From Octopus vulgaris (taxonomy: Eukaryota), in the NCBI GenBank assembly GCA_951406725.2, contig OX597821.1, positions 33,046,001 to 33,110,000 of the forward strand: DNA of 64,000 nt, in the 5' to 3' direction. The position numbers were made by a program, and so were the translations under genes. Of the stretch, positions 42,345 through 54,973 are shown piece after piece. Position 1 is the stretch's first letter. Each line of letters opens with the position of its first letter. The notes beneath the pieces are model-generated. The model saw only the letters and a program-made list of their open reading frames with translations. It searched no databases and had not been told where the DNA came from.

Positions 42345-42708
42345 CTAGCACTATGACCTGGCAACGCTGGGTCATAGTGCTAGTGCATGCATATACAGCT
42401 GCATGCGTGCGCACATACATGCGAGTACTGTCCAAATCTCCGACCAATCACATACAGCTGGCTGGCATTCAATTGGCAAATCAAGTTTCGGGCATTTTGA
42501 TTGGGTTTTGGATAGAAAATTCACAAAAAAGTCACTTCTATTGATTTTTTATTGGGTTTGCGGGCTGACTGGGGAAATGTAAAGATGCGCACAACCACCC
42601 TTGGACGGTTTTAAATGACCATAGAAAGTGCGAGCCCTCTAACTGAAAAATTGTGGATTTGTATAAAGGACACACACACACACATTTTGCCGTTTATATA
42701 TATAGAGA
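42345..42708 (-). mobile_element. Non-autonomous Helitron-like element
   Basis: Minus strand A|TCTCTATATATATAAA start; long terminal hairpin ending CTAG|T. Confidence 0.65.
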
Positions 42709-42730
42709 TATCATTTGTGAATATTCTTAC

Positions 42731-42867
42731 TTGTTTTTCCTGAAAATGGTTGAAAGTTCACTCTTTGTTCGGATTATTGTAGGAGAAGAGATTACCAAGA
42801 TGAGGACAATGGGACCAAAGCATTTTACTTCCAAGTAATAATGTTCTGAGGCTGTTTGGGAAGCAAT
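42731..42867 (-). CDS. TACO1: TACO1 exon 3
   Basis: cctcttgcag|ATT...AAC AA|gtaaga, 137 nt, phase 0-2. Encodes IASQTASEHYYLEVKCFGPIVLILVISSPTIIRTKSELSTIFRKN, aligning without gaps to the YEGxGPGG...R....KNG segment; phases fit exons 2 and 4. Confidence 0.85.
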
Positions 42868-42985
42868 CTGCAAGAGGAAAATTTGAATGATTTCTAATAT
42901 GGATTTTTTTTACAACAAAATGAGAAATGGAAGAGAAATGATAAGGGAAGATCAGCAAAGGATATGAATATTTGGAAAAGTTGTC

Positions 42986-43220
42986 GGATCTTTTCAGTTT
43001 GAACGGCAGTTTCTAACATAATTTCTAGGTAACTAAAAAATGTTAAACTTCGTATACTGGTAGAATGTGTTTATAAAACATCTTTTTCTCTTGGCTTTAT
43101 TGAGAAAATTCTATAGTTTGTAAGATATTTGTTGTTCTTTTCTTCAATTTCTGCAATTTCAACCAATCAATGACGTCCATTGAGGTAAAAAAAAAAATTC
43201 TGTGCCGTATGTATATATCC
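42986..43220. mobile_element. Same MITE family, truncated
   Basis: Left TIR and half of the body. Confidence 0.85.
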
Positions 43221-43646
43221 CAATGATTGAAACAAGTAAAAGATAAAAAAAGATTCATGCATGTGTGTGATGTAAACTCTGGAAATTTACATTTAACAGA
43301 TGTATATGACTTATCAGATTGTCACTACTTAACTAAATTTCTCTATGATGTCTCTCCTAATGCTGAATACTCTATTGATTGCATACTACAATCAATATCA
43401 TTTTAATTAAAAAATTTCAAGATGTTTTAGTATTTTAATTGTAATAATGATTTCAAATTTTGGCACACAGCCATCAACTTCGAGGAAGTAGGTAAGCCAA
43501 TTACATCAATCCCAGTACACAACTGGTACTTTTTCATCCCAAAAGGATGAAAGGCAAAGCTGACCTCAGCAGAATTTGAACTCAGAATGTGAAGGATAAA
43601 ATACTGCTAAGCATTTTACCCAGTGTGCTAATGATTCTGCCAGCTT

Positions 43647-44158
43647 GTCAGTTTGCCGTGCAACCAAAAGAATACCCTCCATAAGGCATTTGCCATATCC
43701 TGAATGCCTTACTTCCCTGGGCATGGACACATTGAAACTCCAACGTCTGGCAGTTGACTTGGCAGACACCCATAAAATTATCAACCATCGTACAAACAAT
43801 AACTCTGAGCACCTTTTCAAACTCCACCCATCTAACACCCATGGACATATTTACAAAGTCAGAAAACAGCACACCTCCCATGACTTCAGGAAACATTTTT
43901 TCACGCTGAGAGTTGCTGAAGCATGGAACAAACTGCCGGCATCAGTTGTTAGTTGTCGGAGCACTGCATCCTTCAAAACTTCCATGTTTTCTGAGATTCG
44001 CCAACACTACACCTGATTTTCTCCCCTCCATACACACACAGGCATGTATCTGACTCATGCATTGTTCGCTTTCCAGACATTTGTACATTACTGCATATAC
44101 TCTGACAAGTTGTGCACCTGAGCACTGTATACAATAATTTCATTATTATTATATTATT
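43647..44158 (+). mobile_element. CR1-like LINE 3' fragment
   Basis: ORF 43645-44016 RATKRIP..LPY..L..L...L..RL...HFFTLRVAEAWNKLP, followed by 3' UTR and (ATT)n tail. Confidence 0.8.
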
Positions 44159-44345
44159 TAAAGGCAAAATTTGAAGTCAGAATGTGAAGACAGATGAAAT
44201 ACTGTTAAACATTTCACCCTGCATGTTAACAATTCTGCCAGCTCGCCACCCTACTTTTAATTGTAATATTCAGAATTGTTTTTGCTTCCATATAAATAAA
44301 GACAAAAGAACTTTTATTGTTCTGTAGAAGACATATTATCCTTGG

Positions 44346-44728
44346 TTTACTCTTTTACTTGTTTCAGTCATTTGACTGTGGCCATGCTGGAGCACCGCCT
44401 TTAGTCGAGCAACTCGACCCCAGGACTTATTCTTTGTAAGCCCAGTATTTATTCTATTGGTCTCTTTTTGCCGAACCGCTAAGTGACGGGGACATAAACA
44501 CACCAGCATCGGTTGTCAAGCGATGTTGTGGGGATAAACACAGACACACACACACATATATATATACATATATATGACGGGCTTCTTTCAGTTTCCGTCT
44601 ACCAAATCCACTCACAAGGCTTCGGTCGGCCCGAGGCTATAGTAGAAGACACCTCCCCAAGGTGCCACGCAGTGGGACTGACCCTGGAACCATGTGGTTG
44701 GTAAACAAGCTACTTACCACACAGCCAC
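44346..44728 (-). mobile_element. SINE family A
   Basis: Reverse complement of family A. Interrupted or decayed copies also at about 1970-2297, 41475-42165 and 56232-57385. Confidence 0.85.
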
Positions 44729-45097
44729 TTTGAAATAGACTGAGTGCACTCAATGTTACTCGTATAAATAGGCACCAAGCTGCATTGTCAGTTTTTGCAT
44801 GTTTACTTTGGCGCTTTGTCCTTCTTAATGCCAACCACCTTACAATATGTTCTTGATGCTTTTTTCATGGCATTAGAGTTGGTGAAATTATCAAGTAAGT
44901 TGCAAGACATAAAAGAACAAGAAAGAAAAAAAGAAAAAACCCATGACTAAGTGAGGGAGCATCAAAGAGGAAGGTGGTTTTATGCCAGTTGCTGAGAGAC
45001 TAAAATATAATAGAGGAACAAGAACAAGAGTCTTACTATAGATGAAAACTAAATGGAAATCTATAACAGGGACCATTTCTGTCCTTGATGTAACACC

Positions 45098-45328
45098 TAT
45101 TTCTTTATTACCCACAAGGGGCTAAACATAGAGGGGACAAACAAGGACAGACATAGGTATTAAGTCGATTACATCAACCCCAGTGCGTAAATGGTACTTA
45201 ATTTATCGACCCCGAAAGGATGAAAGGCAAAGTCGACCTTGGCGGAATTTGAACTCACAGCGTAACGGCAGACGAAATATGGCTACGCTTTTCGCCCAGC
45301 GTGCTAACGATTCTGCCAGCTCGCCGAC
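45098..45328 (-). mobile_element. tRNA-derived SINE family C
   Basis: ggcgagctggcagaatcgttagc...gttcaaattcc head; TSD tccttgatgtaacacc. Other copies near 4517, 6285, 6740, 8980, 10730, 29270, 43450, 48295, 50625 and 60470. Confidence 0.85.
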
Positions 45329-45599
45329 TTAATCCTTGATGTAACACCACCACCGGGTCCTCGGATGCCTTAAGCAGGGGGGCTACTTTTTTGCAAATAT
45401 TCAGACCCAGTTTCTGAGCATAACTTCTTCATTTTCCCCACTAACAATTCCACAGACGCAGTGATTCCTTGTCTAACTAAGCGATAACAAAAAGGAAAGA
45501 AGACATGAACTCATCTTCCTTTCGTGAACCAATTATAAAAAAGAAGTAAAACAAAAAACAGTTGTCATCATCACTGGTGCTGCCCTCATCATTGTTTAA

Positions 45600-45819
45600 C
45601 CTTTTAGTGTTTAAACCGGCCATATCCAGCTCAAATATTCTATATGTTTTATATTCAAACTGGTGATATCTAGCCTCTCACACCTAACCTACATTGACAT
45701 TCTAAAAATAAACAATCACATCATTGAAACCCCAAAGCTATAAGATAATGCTTGATGAATTCAAAACAATTTGAGTAAAAAAATATTACATTTAACAGAG
45801 TAATCTGAATACTAAAGGG
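45600..45819. mobile_element. piggyBac-type MITE (family 2)
   Basis: TTAA|CCTTTTAGT...ACTAAAGGG|TTAA. Confidence 0.8.
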
Positions 45820-46034
45820 TTAATCAACAAACTCACAAGACAGAGAGACTCTCTGTGGTCACTTGAACAGCTAGATGTAGTAGGAACAGTTCCATCAAAT
45901 CTCCTTGTACAATTTTCAAATAAATAATACTACACTAGATAGACTGATACATCTGACACCATAAGGTCTGCTGGAGCAAGGTTGAACAGACATTATACAA
46001 CAACAACCATCATCATTATCATCATTCTACTTAC

Positions 46035-46144
46035 AGCACCTTCAATAGCATTCTGAATAGTGGAGTTTGGTACGCCAGCTTTTTTGGCCTCTTGAATAAG
46101 TCTGTCGAGTTTATTACTAAACTTTGGATTGCTTTCGCCAGTCT
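46035..46144 (-). CDS. TACO1: TACO1 exon 2
   Basis: ttgcag|AG...GCT|gtaagt, 110 nt, phase 1-0. Encodes (E)TGESNPKFSNKLDRLIQEAKKAGVPNSTIQNAIEGA, the YebC NP..N..L...A...P...I..AI helix region. Confidence 0.95.
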
Positions 46145-46234
46145 CTGCAATTTAAAAATGAAAAAGTTCCAGAAAATCACATTAAAACATTCACATACAC
46201 AGATACAATATAAATGCAATACTTATTTGCTATG

Positions 46235-46611
46235 AAGATGTACTTGCATAGCGAGTGACTTGATCTGAAATCGTGTGCTGGAACGAAAACAATTGCAGCA
46301 TGGAAGGTGTTTATAAGCCATTTAAGAAACACACAAAACCGTTAGATTCACTACAACGTGTAAAATTTAATTTGTCGAAATATTTTCGTCGCTTTGAGAC
46401 TGCAACCTGTTCACTGACAAAACTTCGTGCTGCACGAAAAGATGCAGCACAAAGTTTTGTCAGTGAATAGGTTGCAGTCTCAAAGTGACGAAAATATTTT
46501 GACAAATTAAATTTTACACGTTGTAGTGAATTAAATTTAAATGTTGAAGTGAATCTAATGGTTTTGTGTGTTTCTTAAATGGCTTATAAACACCTTCCAC
46601 GCTGCAATTGT
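46235..46611. mobile_element. Fold-back element with 12-bp TSD and HHR-like motifs
   Basis: TSD ttatttgctatg at 46223-46234 and 46612-46623; long inverted arms centred near 46438. Confidence 0.75.
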
Positions 46612-47034
46612 TTATTTGCTATGGTTATCCACTTAATCAGCTGATGACTATATTCTTCATTTGTAGATCCTTTGTATACTCCAGTTCTTATTATACACCT
46701 TCAGTCAGGAACAGGTCGAATCAGAGGGGTTAGGGTTAGGGTTTTACGGTTAGTGTTGTGAAAAATAGTCAAAATTGAAGAAGTTGGGGAATAAGGAGGA
46801 GAGAAATTTTACACAATGCCGATTTTTGGCAATTTTCCTGAACCTCCGGATCCAAAAACGGGGATTTGGGGGAAAAAAAATTTTTTTTAATAAACAAATT
46901 TGGGAGAAAATGGGGGGGAGGCGGAAGTCTTTCCACTGAACAAGTTCATCGGAACTTTCCTTTTCTGTACATCACTTGTTGTTAGCTAGAAGCAAACCAC
47001 AAGTATTGATAGACTAGTTATGGTTACATAAACC

Positions 47035-47472
47035 GGATCATTTCGGTTTGAACGGCAGTTTTTTCGAGCGGTGCCATATGAAATTGTCACCCATAATTAT
47101 GACCCTAGTATCGAGCTATTGCATTTCAATCTATTTTAGGGTTAGGGTTAGTTAGGATTAGGGTTAGGGTTAGGGGTGGGAGAAGGGTATCTTTTTTCTT
47201 CACAAATGTAAATAAACCCAATCTGTTTCTTAAACGAGGGACATATTCATACGGCACAGAATGTTTTGTTACGTCAATGGACGTCAGTAATTGGTTGAAA
47301 CTGCAGAAATTGAAGAGAAAAAACAACAAATATCTTACAAACTATAGAATTTTCTCAATAAAGCCAAGAGAAAAAGATGTTTTATAAACACATTCTACCA
47401 GTATACGAAGTTTAAAATTTTTTAGTTACCTAGAAATTATATTAAAAACTGCCGTTCAAACCGAAAAGATCC
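47035..47472. mobile_element. Same MITE family, opposite orientation
   Basis: Both TIRs; 8-bp TSD cataaacc. Confidence 0.9.
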
Positions 47473-47812
47473 CATAAACCAATCTAGAAATAAAGTTGAA
47501 ATAGAATGTATCTATATTTTTGTGTCAAAATAAAAAAAAAAAACAGAATAAAGCTTTGACACTTGGTCGGAAAAGTAATGTAAATTATAAATGCAAAGCT
47601 GAAGGCTAGCCGAGTTATCTCCCATCACAAGTTAATAACCATGGTTTATTTCCCTTGTATCATACGCTGATCTTTTTTTTAGTCGCAGGTTAATCCTGAC
47701 CGACAAACCTATGATCAACGGCATTCCAACCGTGCCAGACTCGTCTTTCATTTACAAGCAAGAGCATGTAGGACCACATTAATAAACATTTTTTTCTGCC
47801 TGTTTGTTTGTT

Positions 47813-48234
47813 GGATCTTTTCAATTTGAACGGCAGTTTTTTAACATAATTTCTAGGTAACTAAAAAATTTTAAACTTCGTATACTGGTAGAATGTGTTT
47901 ATAAAACATCTTTTTCTCTTGGCTTTATTGAGAAAAGTCTATAGTTTGTAAGATATTTGTTGGGTTTTTTTCTTCAATTTCTGCAATTTCAACCAATCAC
48001 TGACGTCTATTGAGGTAAAAAAAAAAAACATATGCCGTATGAATATGTCACTCGTTTAAAGAAACAGATTGGGTTTATTTACATTTGTGAAGAAAAAAAG
48101 ATACCCTTCCCCCCACCCCTAACCCTAACCCTAAAACAGATTGAAATGCAATAGATTGATACTAGGGTCATAATTATGGGTGAAAATTTCATATGACACC
48201 GCTAGAAAAACTGCCGTTCAAAGCGAAAAGATCC
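47813..48234. mobile_element. Same MITE family, inverted partner of 47035-47472
   Basis: Both TIRs; no TSD of its own; right flank is the reverse complement of the left flank of the 47035 copy. Confidence 0.9.
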
Positions 48235-50423
48235 AGTTTATGTAACCATAACTAGTCTATCAATACTTGTGGTTCGCTTTTATATATAATATAATAAGTT
48301 GATTACATTGATCCCAGTGTTCAACTGATACTAATTTTAACAACCCCAAAAGGATGAAAAGCAATGTCGATCTAGGCAGGATTTGATCTCAGAACATGAA
48401 GGTGGACAAAATGCCACTAAGTATTTTACCCAGGTGCTAATCACTCTGCCAGCTTGCTGCCCTCTGTCAGGTTATAATAATATCATTGTTACTACACTCG
48501 TGGAGTGGTTGGTGCTACTACACTCTCGGAGTGGTTGGCATTAGGAAGGGCATCCAGCTGTAGAAACTCTGCCAGATCAAGATTGGAGCCTGGTGCAGCC
48601 ATCTGGCTCGCCAGCTCTCAGTCAAAATCGTCCAACCCATGCTAGCATGGAAAGCGGACGTTAAACAATGATGATAATGATGATGATTGTATATATACAC
48701 TTGGGAACCATTTCATCAAAAGAGTCTACCAGAGCAACCATTTGAAAGGTAAAGAAATCAACAAGGAACACATGCAAAAACTTAACTGATTAGCTTTCAG
48801 ATTAACAGATTTTGTATAATTTGGGGGTATTTCTGACCTAGCAATGTTATCGCTCTATTGCCCACAGGTGAAAAGCTGTGTTCAAAATGTAAACAAATGT
48901 AAGTATTTCAAGCATTTTCATATGGTTGCTATAGTTTGGTAGCCTGTTATTTATATATAGATTTACTGGTTTTATAAACCTTAGAGTGATGATGAAATAT
49001 GTTTACAAAGTCATATTGATATATTGATACACCAACATCAAAAATCAATGGAAACTGTAGTTGTGATCCCTGGGCCGGTGGCACGTAAAAAGCACCATCC
49101 AAACATGGCCAATGCCAGCGCCGCCTTGACTGTCTTCCGTGCCGGTGGCACGTAAAAAGCACCCTCTACACTCACGGACTGGTTGGCGTTAGGAAGGGCA
49201 TCCAGCTGTAGAAACACTGCCAGATCAGACTGGAGCCTGGTGCAGCCTTCTGGCTTCCCAGATCCCCGGTTGAACCATCCAACCCATGCTAGCATGGAGA
49301 AAGGACGTTAAACGATGATGATGATATATTTAGTCATGCTGTGAGATCAGGACTATGTTCAGACAATGGAGACTTTCTCGTAAAGAGAATGAAACCAACA
49401 ATCTTTTGTCATTCTTACAACTAATCAAGATTCACTAACCTTTTCCTTCTAAGTTGTTAAACAATAGTAGCAGAGAGAGAGAGAGAGAGAGTCACTTACT
49501 AAAATATTAGCAAGATTGTAAATATGCTTTCTGAGATTCGCCAACACTACACTTGATTTTCTCCCCTCCTACACACAAGCATGTATATGACTCATACATT
49601 GTTCGCTTTCCAGACATTTCTACATTACTGCATGTACTTTATATGCACTTTCTGACAAGTTGTGGTGCACCTGAGCACTGTATACAATTAATTTCATTAT
49701 TATTTTTATATCTTATTTATATAAAAGTACAAATTTCGTTAACTAACATTATATTTATTCATGGAGAAATGGTATTCTGGTAATGAGAGTCATAAAAGGC
49801 AAAGCTGACTTTAGGTAAAGGTGTTGAGAAGTTAAAGTATGCTGTGAACAGGTTTATTGTTGTAAGAGGGTGTAAATGGAAAAACTAACAGAGTCAGTGT
49901 TAGGGAAAGAAGAAAAAGAAGCGACAGAAAAAGATGTCCAAGGGGTTAGTGAGAGAGAATTACAAAATGTAAGAAAGACAGGGGGATGCACCGAGCAGGA
50001 GGAAGCACAGAGCTACCTTACATTATATATGGGGAGGGTGAGCGAAGTGAAATCTGAAAGTGATGTGAAGATGACAGTGCCAAAGAATAAGAATGCATTC
50101 TTTAACTCTTTAGCAATCACATTATTCTGTCAAAAGTAATGCTTAATTATTAATATTGCTTTGAATTAATCATGCATTATCTTGTAGCCTTGAGATTTTG
50201 ATGTGGTAACTTAATTTTTATAATGATACTGTAGGTTTGGAGTGGGAGGCCACATCTGGCCAGTTTGAACATAAAGCAAGTGGGATATTTTGGCCGGATA
50301 TGGCCACATTAAATGCTAAAGAGTTAATGTCCAAGAAGGTGATTAAATGGAAGAATAAGGAAGTATGGGTAAAGGTTGCAAGAGTGGAGAGCTGAGTGAG
50401 TGATGGAAAGAAACAGAGGCAGG

Positions 50424-51045
50424 ATTCTGTTTTACAAACAGCATACAACCCCTCGTAAATTTTTTGGAAATTTCAGAAAACTTTTTTGAAAATTTGAGTT
50501 CTACATGCAGGAAATCACACAACTATGCAAAAAAAAATAATAATTTTCTGTGATTTAAGGGGTATTTAGATGTTACTTTTAGCACATCTCACAACCATCT
50601 CATACCGTCCTCATTTGTTTGTCATTCTTCGTCTGTTTTTACGTTCTGAGTTCAAATTCTGCCAAGGTCGACTTTGCCTTTCATCCTTTCAGGGTCGATA
50701 AATTAAGTACCAGTTGCATACTGAGGTCGATCTAATCGACTAGTCCCCTCCCCCCAAATTTCGGGCCTTGTGCCTAGAGTAGAAAAGATTTCTTTGTCAT
50801 TTTCTCCCCATAAACACATTTAATAGTCTATTGCTGGGATTTAAGCCAAAAATTCGGACTGTCCATATCTTAAACTATGATTTTAAAAAACCTTTTACCA
50901 AAAATTCTGAAAAATTAAAAATATTTTCCTTTTTTGCATTGTCATGAGTATTCCCATGTGTATAACGCAAATTCACAAGAATTTTCTGAAAATTCCAAAA
51001 AATAAAAAAGTTATGAGGGGTTATATGCCATGCATAAAACAGAAT
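50424..51045. mobile_element. TIR-bounded non-autonomous DNA element with nested SINE
   Basis: attctgtttt...gcatacaacccctcgtaa...ttcagaaaa mirrors ttttctgaaa...ttatgaggggttatatgc...aaaacagaat; SINE at about 50625-50790. Confidence 0.55.
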
Positions 51046-51372
51046 TCCACCAAAATAGGAATGGAAAGAATCAGAGAGAAGTAGGGGGTGAAGGTGGTCG
51101 ACAGTAAATATGAGCAGAGGGGGTCAATTGGAAGAATAAGGCTGGAGGTCAATAGGAAGTAACTCAGGAGAGAAGGTGTGATAACTGCTTCTAGGAAAAT
51201 TTACCTCAAACATTTTTGCCGCAGGAAAATTAGCCTCAGGATTTTTGGCCGTAGGAAAGTTTGCCGCAAAACAAAAGATGGGTTGCTCCCCTTGGTACAG
51301 ATATGCAGGGGTAAAGCAATTGGATCTAGTTAATTTCATTTGCAAAGTCAGCCCCTTTTAATTTTGCTCAGG

Positions 51373-51780
51373 GGATCTTTTCGGTTGAACAGCAGTTTTT
51401 AACATAATTTCTAGGTAACTAAAAAATTTTTAACTTCGTATACTGGTAGAATGTGTTTATAAAACATCTTTTTCTCTAGGCTTTATTGAGAAAATTCTAT
51501 AGTTTGTAAGATATTTGTGGGTTTTTTCTGCAATTTCAACCAATCACTGACGTCTATTGAGGTAAAAAAAACATTCTGTGCCGTATGAATATGTCACTCA
51601 TTTAAGAAACAGATTGGGTTTATTTACATTTGTGAAGAAAAACAGATACTCTTCCCCCCACCCCTAACCCTAAATCTAAATCAGATTGAAATGCAATAGC
51701 TCGATACTAGGGTCATAATTATGGGTGAAAATTTCATATGACACCGCTAGAAAAAACTGCCATTCAAACCGAAAAGATCC
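51373..51780. mobile_element. Same MITE family
   Basis: Both TIRs; 8-bp TSD tgctcagg. Confidence 0.9.
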
Positions 51781-51998
51781 TGCTCAGGTTGTTTTCAATT
51801 ATGGTCTATCGTAAATTAAAGAATCTGATATTATTTGGAATTAAATTTGGGAAAATTTGGGTAATTTTAGCCAATCAACAAACAGTGAGGCATTAAAAGC
51901 TTGTTACCATGATAACCACACATTGTACTGTGTTGTGTTGATTCTTTGCACCATGAGATTCAATTCACTGTGGCGAGATGATTATCTGTGTCTCTTAA

Positions 51999-52219
51999 CC
52001 CTTTAGTGTTTAAACAGGCCATATCTGGCCCAGATATTCTACATGTTTTACATTCAAACGGGCGATATCTAGCCTCTCACACCTAACCTACATTGATATT
52101 CTAAAAATAAACAGTCACATAATTGAAACCTCAAAAGCTATAAGATAATGCATTATTAATTCAAAACAATTTGAGTGAAAAATTATTACATTTAACAGAG
52201 TAATCTGAACACTAAAGGG
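51999..52219. mobile_element. piggyBac-type MITE (family 2)
   Basis: TTAA|CCCTTTAGTG...CACTAAAGGG|TTAA; a diverged inverted copy lies at 50106-50323. Confidence 0.8.
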
Positions 52220-52727
52220 TTAAATACAATTGTACAGGTTCCAGAATGTTAATTTTTGCAAACTGTATTCTGACCAATCAGTGTGTGATTTTACTAAATT
52301 ACTTAAGTTGATTGGTGTTTGGTTTAGGCACCATGGTTTGTTGAACATGTCAAGAGACCTTTATTTTGACCCTGGCCAAAGCAGAAATTATTGGGTTATT
52401 TTTAGAAATGCTGTAAACAACAATTCCCAGGGATTTTTACATTTCAAATTATCATCATCATCTCCTTTATTATTATTGTCATTGTTGTTGTTGTTGTTGT
52501 TGGTGGTGGTGGTAGAAGTAGCAACTGTGGAAATAGAACTTTAAACCCCAAAATATGATAATTTTTACTGACTTTTTTTATTGACTTAGCTAGTATTTTC
52601 CTGCTATTATCATAATGACCACCTTTAGTATTGTTGTTAGTGGTAGTGGTTGTAGCAGTAGATATAGTAGCTCTAAGTATTAGTATTAATGTTTATTTAG
52701 CTTGGGTTGGAATCTATTAAAAAGTTT

Positions 52728-53030
52728 GGATCTTTTCGGTTTGAACGGCAGTTTTTAACATAATTTCTAGGTAACTAAAAAATTTTAAACTTCGTATACT
52801 GGTAGAATGTGTTTATAAAACCTCTTTAGATCTTTTCTGTTTGATGGACGGAATTTTCTAGTTAACTAAACAATTTGAAACTTCATATACTGGTAGAATG
52901 TGTCAAAAGAAAACATTATTGTAAATAAAATTGAAAACAAAATTGTAATTCGTAACTTAAACATAGTTTAATTTTACGAATTTTAACCAATGAAATCGCA
53001 GCATTCGAGCTCAAATTATTTACTGCGTCT
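52728..53030. mobile_element. Truncated MITE of the same family followed by a diverged related fragment
   Basis: Left TIR to about 52826, then a second gatcttttc...aaacttcatatactggtagaatgtg segment. Confidence 0.7.
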
Positions 53031-53931
53031 AAAAACTCACACGCACACGTCTTATTCATCCTTGTCTCTTCTGTCTTCTACATGTGCTAGAAATAACAGC
53101 TATATCTCTTAAATCGATGAATTTCGTCGCCCAATAAAAATATTAACGATATTTTTTGAATATTTTCTTTATTTTTTTTTACCGAAAAGGCTTCTCCCAT
53201 GATTTTGAAGGGCCAGAAACAACAAAAACAAAATAATATGCCTAAATCGGTCTCGAGTTTGCGCATGCAGTGTGAGTAGCATTGTAAAAATTTGCGAAAT
53301 ATTTTTTCATAAAAGGATGCCCCAGCTTGTCGGAAGCTGTGATATAAATTGGGGAAAAAATCCTCGACACCAGTGCGTAATTGGTACTTAATTTATCGAC
53401 CCCGAAACGATGAAACATTGACCCCACCCCTTCTGGTTTATTTACCTTTGGTGCAAATTTGTTGCGGCAATTGGCAAAACACGAACGTGTGTGTATGTAT
53501 ATGTCCGTTTGTATGTGTGTGTACGCTTATATATTAATTACTATGTGCTTGTGCAAATGTATATGCATGTGTTTGAGAGAGAGAGAATGTGTGTGTGTCT
53601 GTTCTTTTAGAGCAAAATTTGCACCTAATTCAATAAAATTATGAAGGTTACTCTGATTACTATGCATAAAATGCCAAATATTTTGTTTTTGTAGATTAGG
53701 CAGGCATAATTCGCCCTGCCTTTCAATCTCAGTATTAAAGCTATGCATAGTACTGCTGTAGTACACATGCTGCGGACATTGCTATGTTTTCTTTATGCGC
53801 TATAAAGGCAGAAGTAAATCTGCCCCCAATTCAGTCTAGCGCCTGTACTTCGCTTATTTTTTCTTGCGTTTTACTACATAAAGGTCACCAACTGCTTACT
53901 CTGAGTAGTTACTGACAGCACGAGCCTGATA

Positions 53932-54313
53932 TCTTTATATATAAAAGAGAGGTTGTGTGCTGTCTGTCTCCTACAATTTAGATTCCTAACTACTCCCACA
54001 TTTTGCAGTGCTGTTTAACCAAAACCGGGTATCTTATAGTCGTGATTCATATCGAGCCCTTCTGAGTATTAGCACGCATCTACGATGAGTCTACGATTAA
54101 AAAAAAAAATTTACCATCATTTTTTTCCATTTTAATGCATTTTTTTCGCTATTATATAAGGGAAGTAACTCTCTAAAAATGTCTACGATGAGTCAACGAT
54201 TTTAAAAAAAATTTACCATCATTTTTTTTCCATTTTTAATGCTATAACTCTCTAAAAATGCTTATATAGTTATTTCCCTTACAAACCCGAGCAACGCCGG
54301 GCGATACTGCGAG
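53932..54313 (+). mobile_element. Non-autonomous Helitron (same family as 9263-9661)
   Basis: A|TCTTTATATATAAAA start, shared body, CCCGAGCAACGCCGGG hairpin, CGAG|T end. Confidence 0.8.
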
Positions 54314-54369
54314 TATATATATATATATATATATATCCTGATGAGACCGCATGGCTCAGTGGTTTGGAT

Positions 54370-54678
54370 GTTGTTGTTTTGTTCCTTCTCGAGCCATGCC
54401 TGGCTCATAAGGGCCGGTTTCCCGGTATCTTGACGTATAGGTTCCCCACCTGGACGGGTCGCCGGTCCGTCGCAGGTAAGCTGCAAGATGCAGGAGGAAA
54501 GAGTGAGAGAAAGTTGTGACGAAAGAGTCAGCAGAAGTTCGCCATTTCCTTCTGCCGAAGCCGCGTGGAGCTTAGGTGTTTCCGCTCATAAACACACACA
54601 TCGCCCGATCTGAGATTCGAACCCGCGATCCCTCGACCGCCAGTCCGCTACTCTAACCACTAGGCCATGTGCCTCCAC
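54370..54678 (-). mobile_element. SINE family B-related
   Basis: Reverse complement of the 5105-5400 type. Confidence 0.85.
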
Positions 54679-54939
54679 AGTGGTTAGGATGTTCTATGTT
54701 CTATTCCTAGACCGAGTGGTGAGTTGTTCTTGGACAAAACACTTCATTTCACATTGCTCTGCGATCACCTCCGACACCTGACACATGGTACGCCGTGCAC
54801 CTGTTCAGGTAACATTGATTTGATGGAGAGAGGGAGCTAATGTACAGCACATAAATTTGATCACTATAAATAAATCATTTGTGCAGGTCGTTCAGCAAGT
54901 GTTAAACACTCATACGTCTCCTTCGACGGGGGAGTCCAT

Positions 54940-54973
<34 letters not shown>

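Noticed and set aside
45341-45369. GIRGPGGG on the minus strand as the TACO1 GPGG exon
   Set aside because: Disrupted by a SINE with a TSD, no continuing similarity, no usable splice sites; 42731-42867 fits phase and register.
47137-47180. Telomere or chromosome-fusion relic
   Set aside because: Only a few TTAGGG units, nearly always at the same position inside a MITE.
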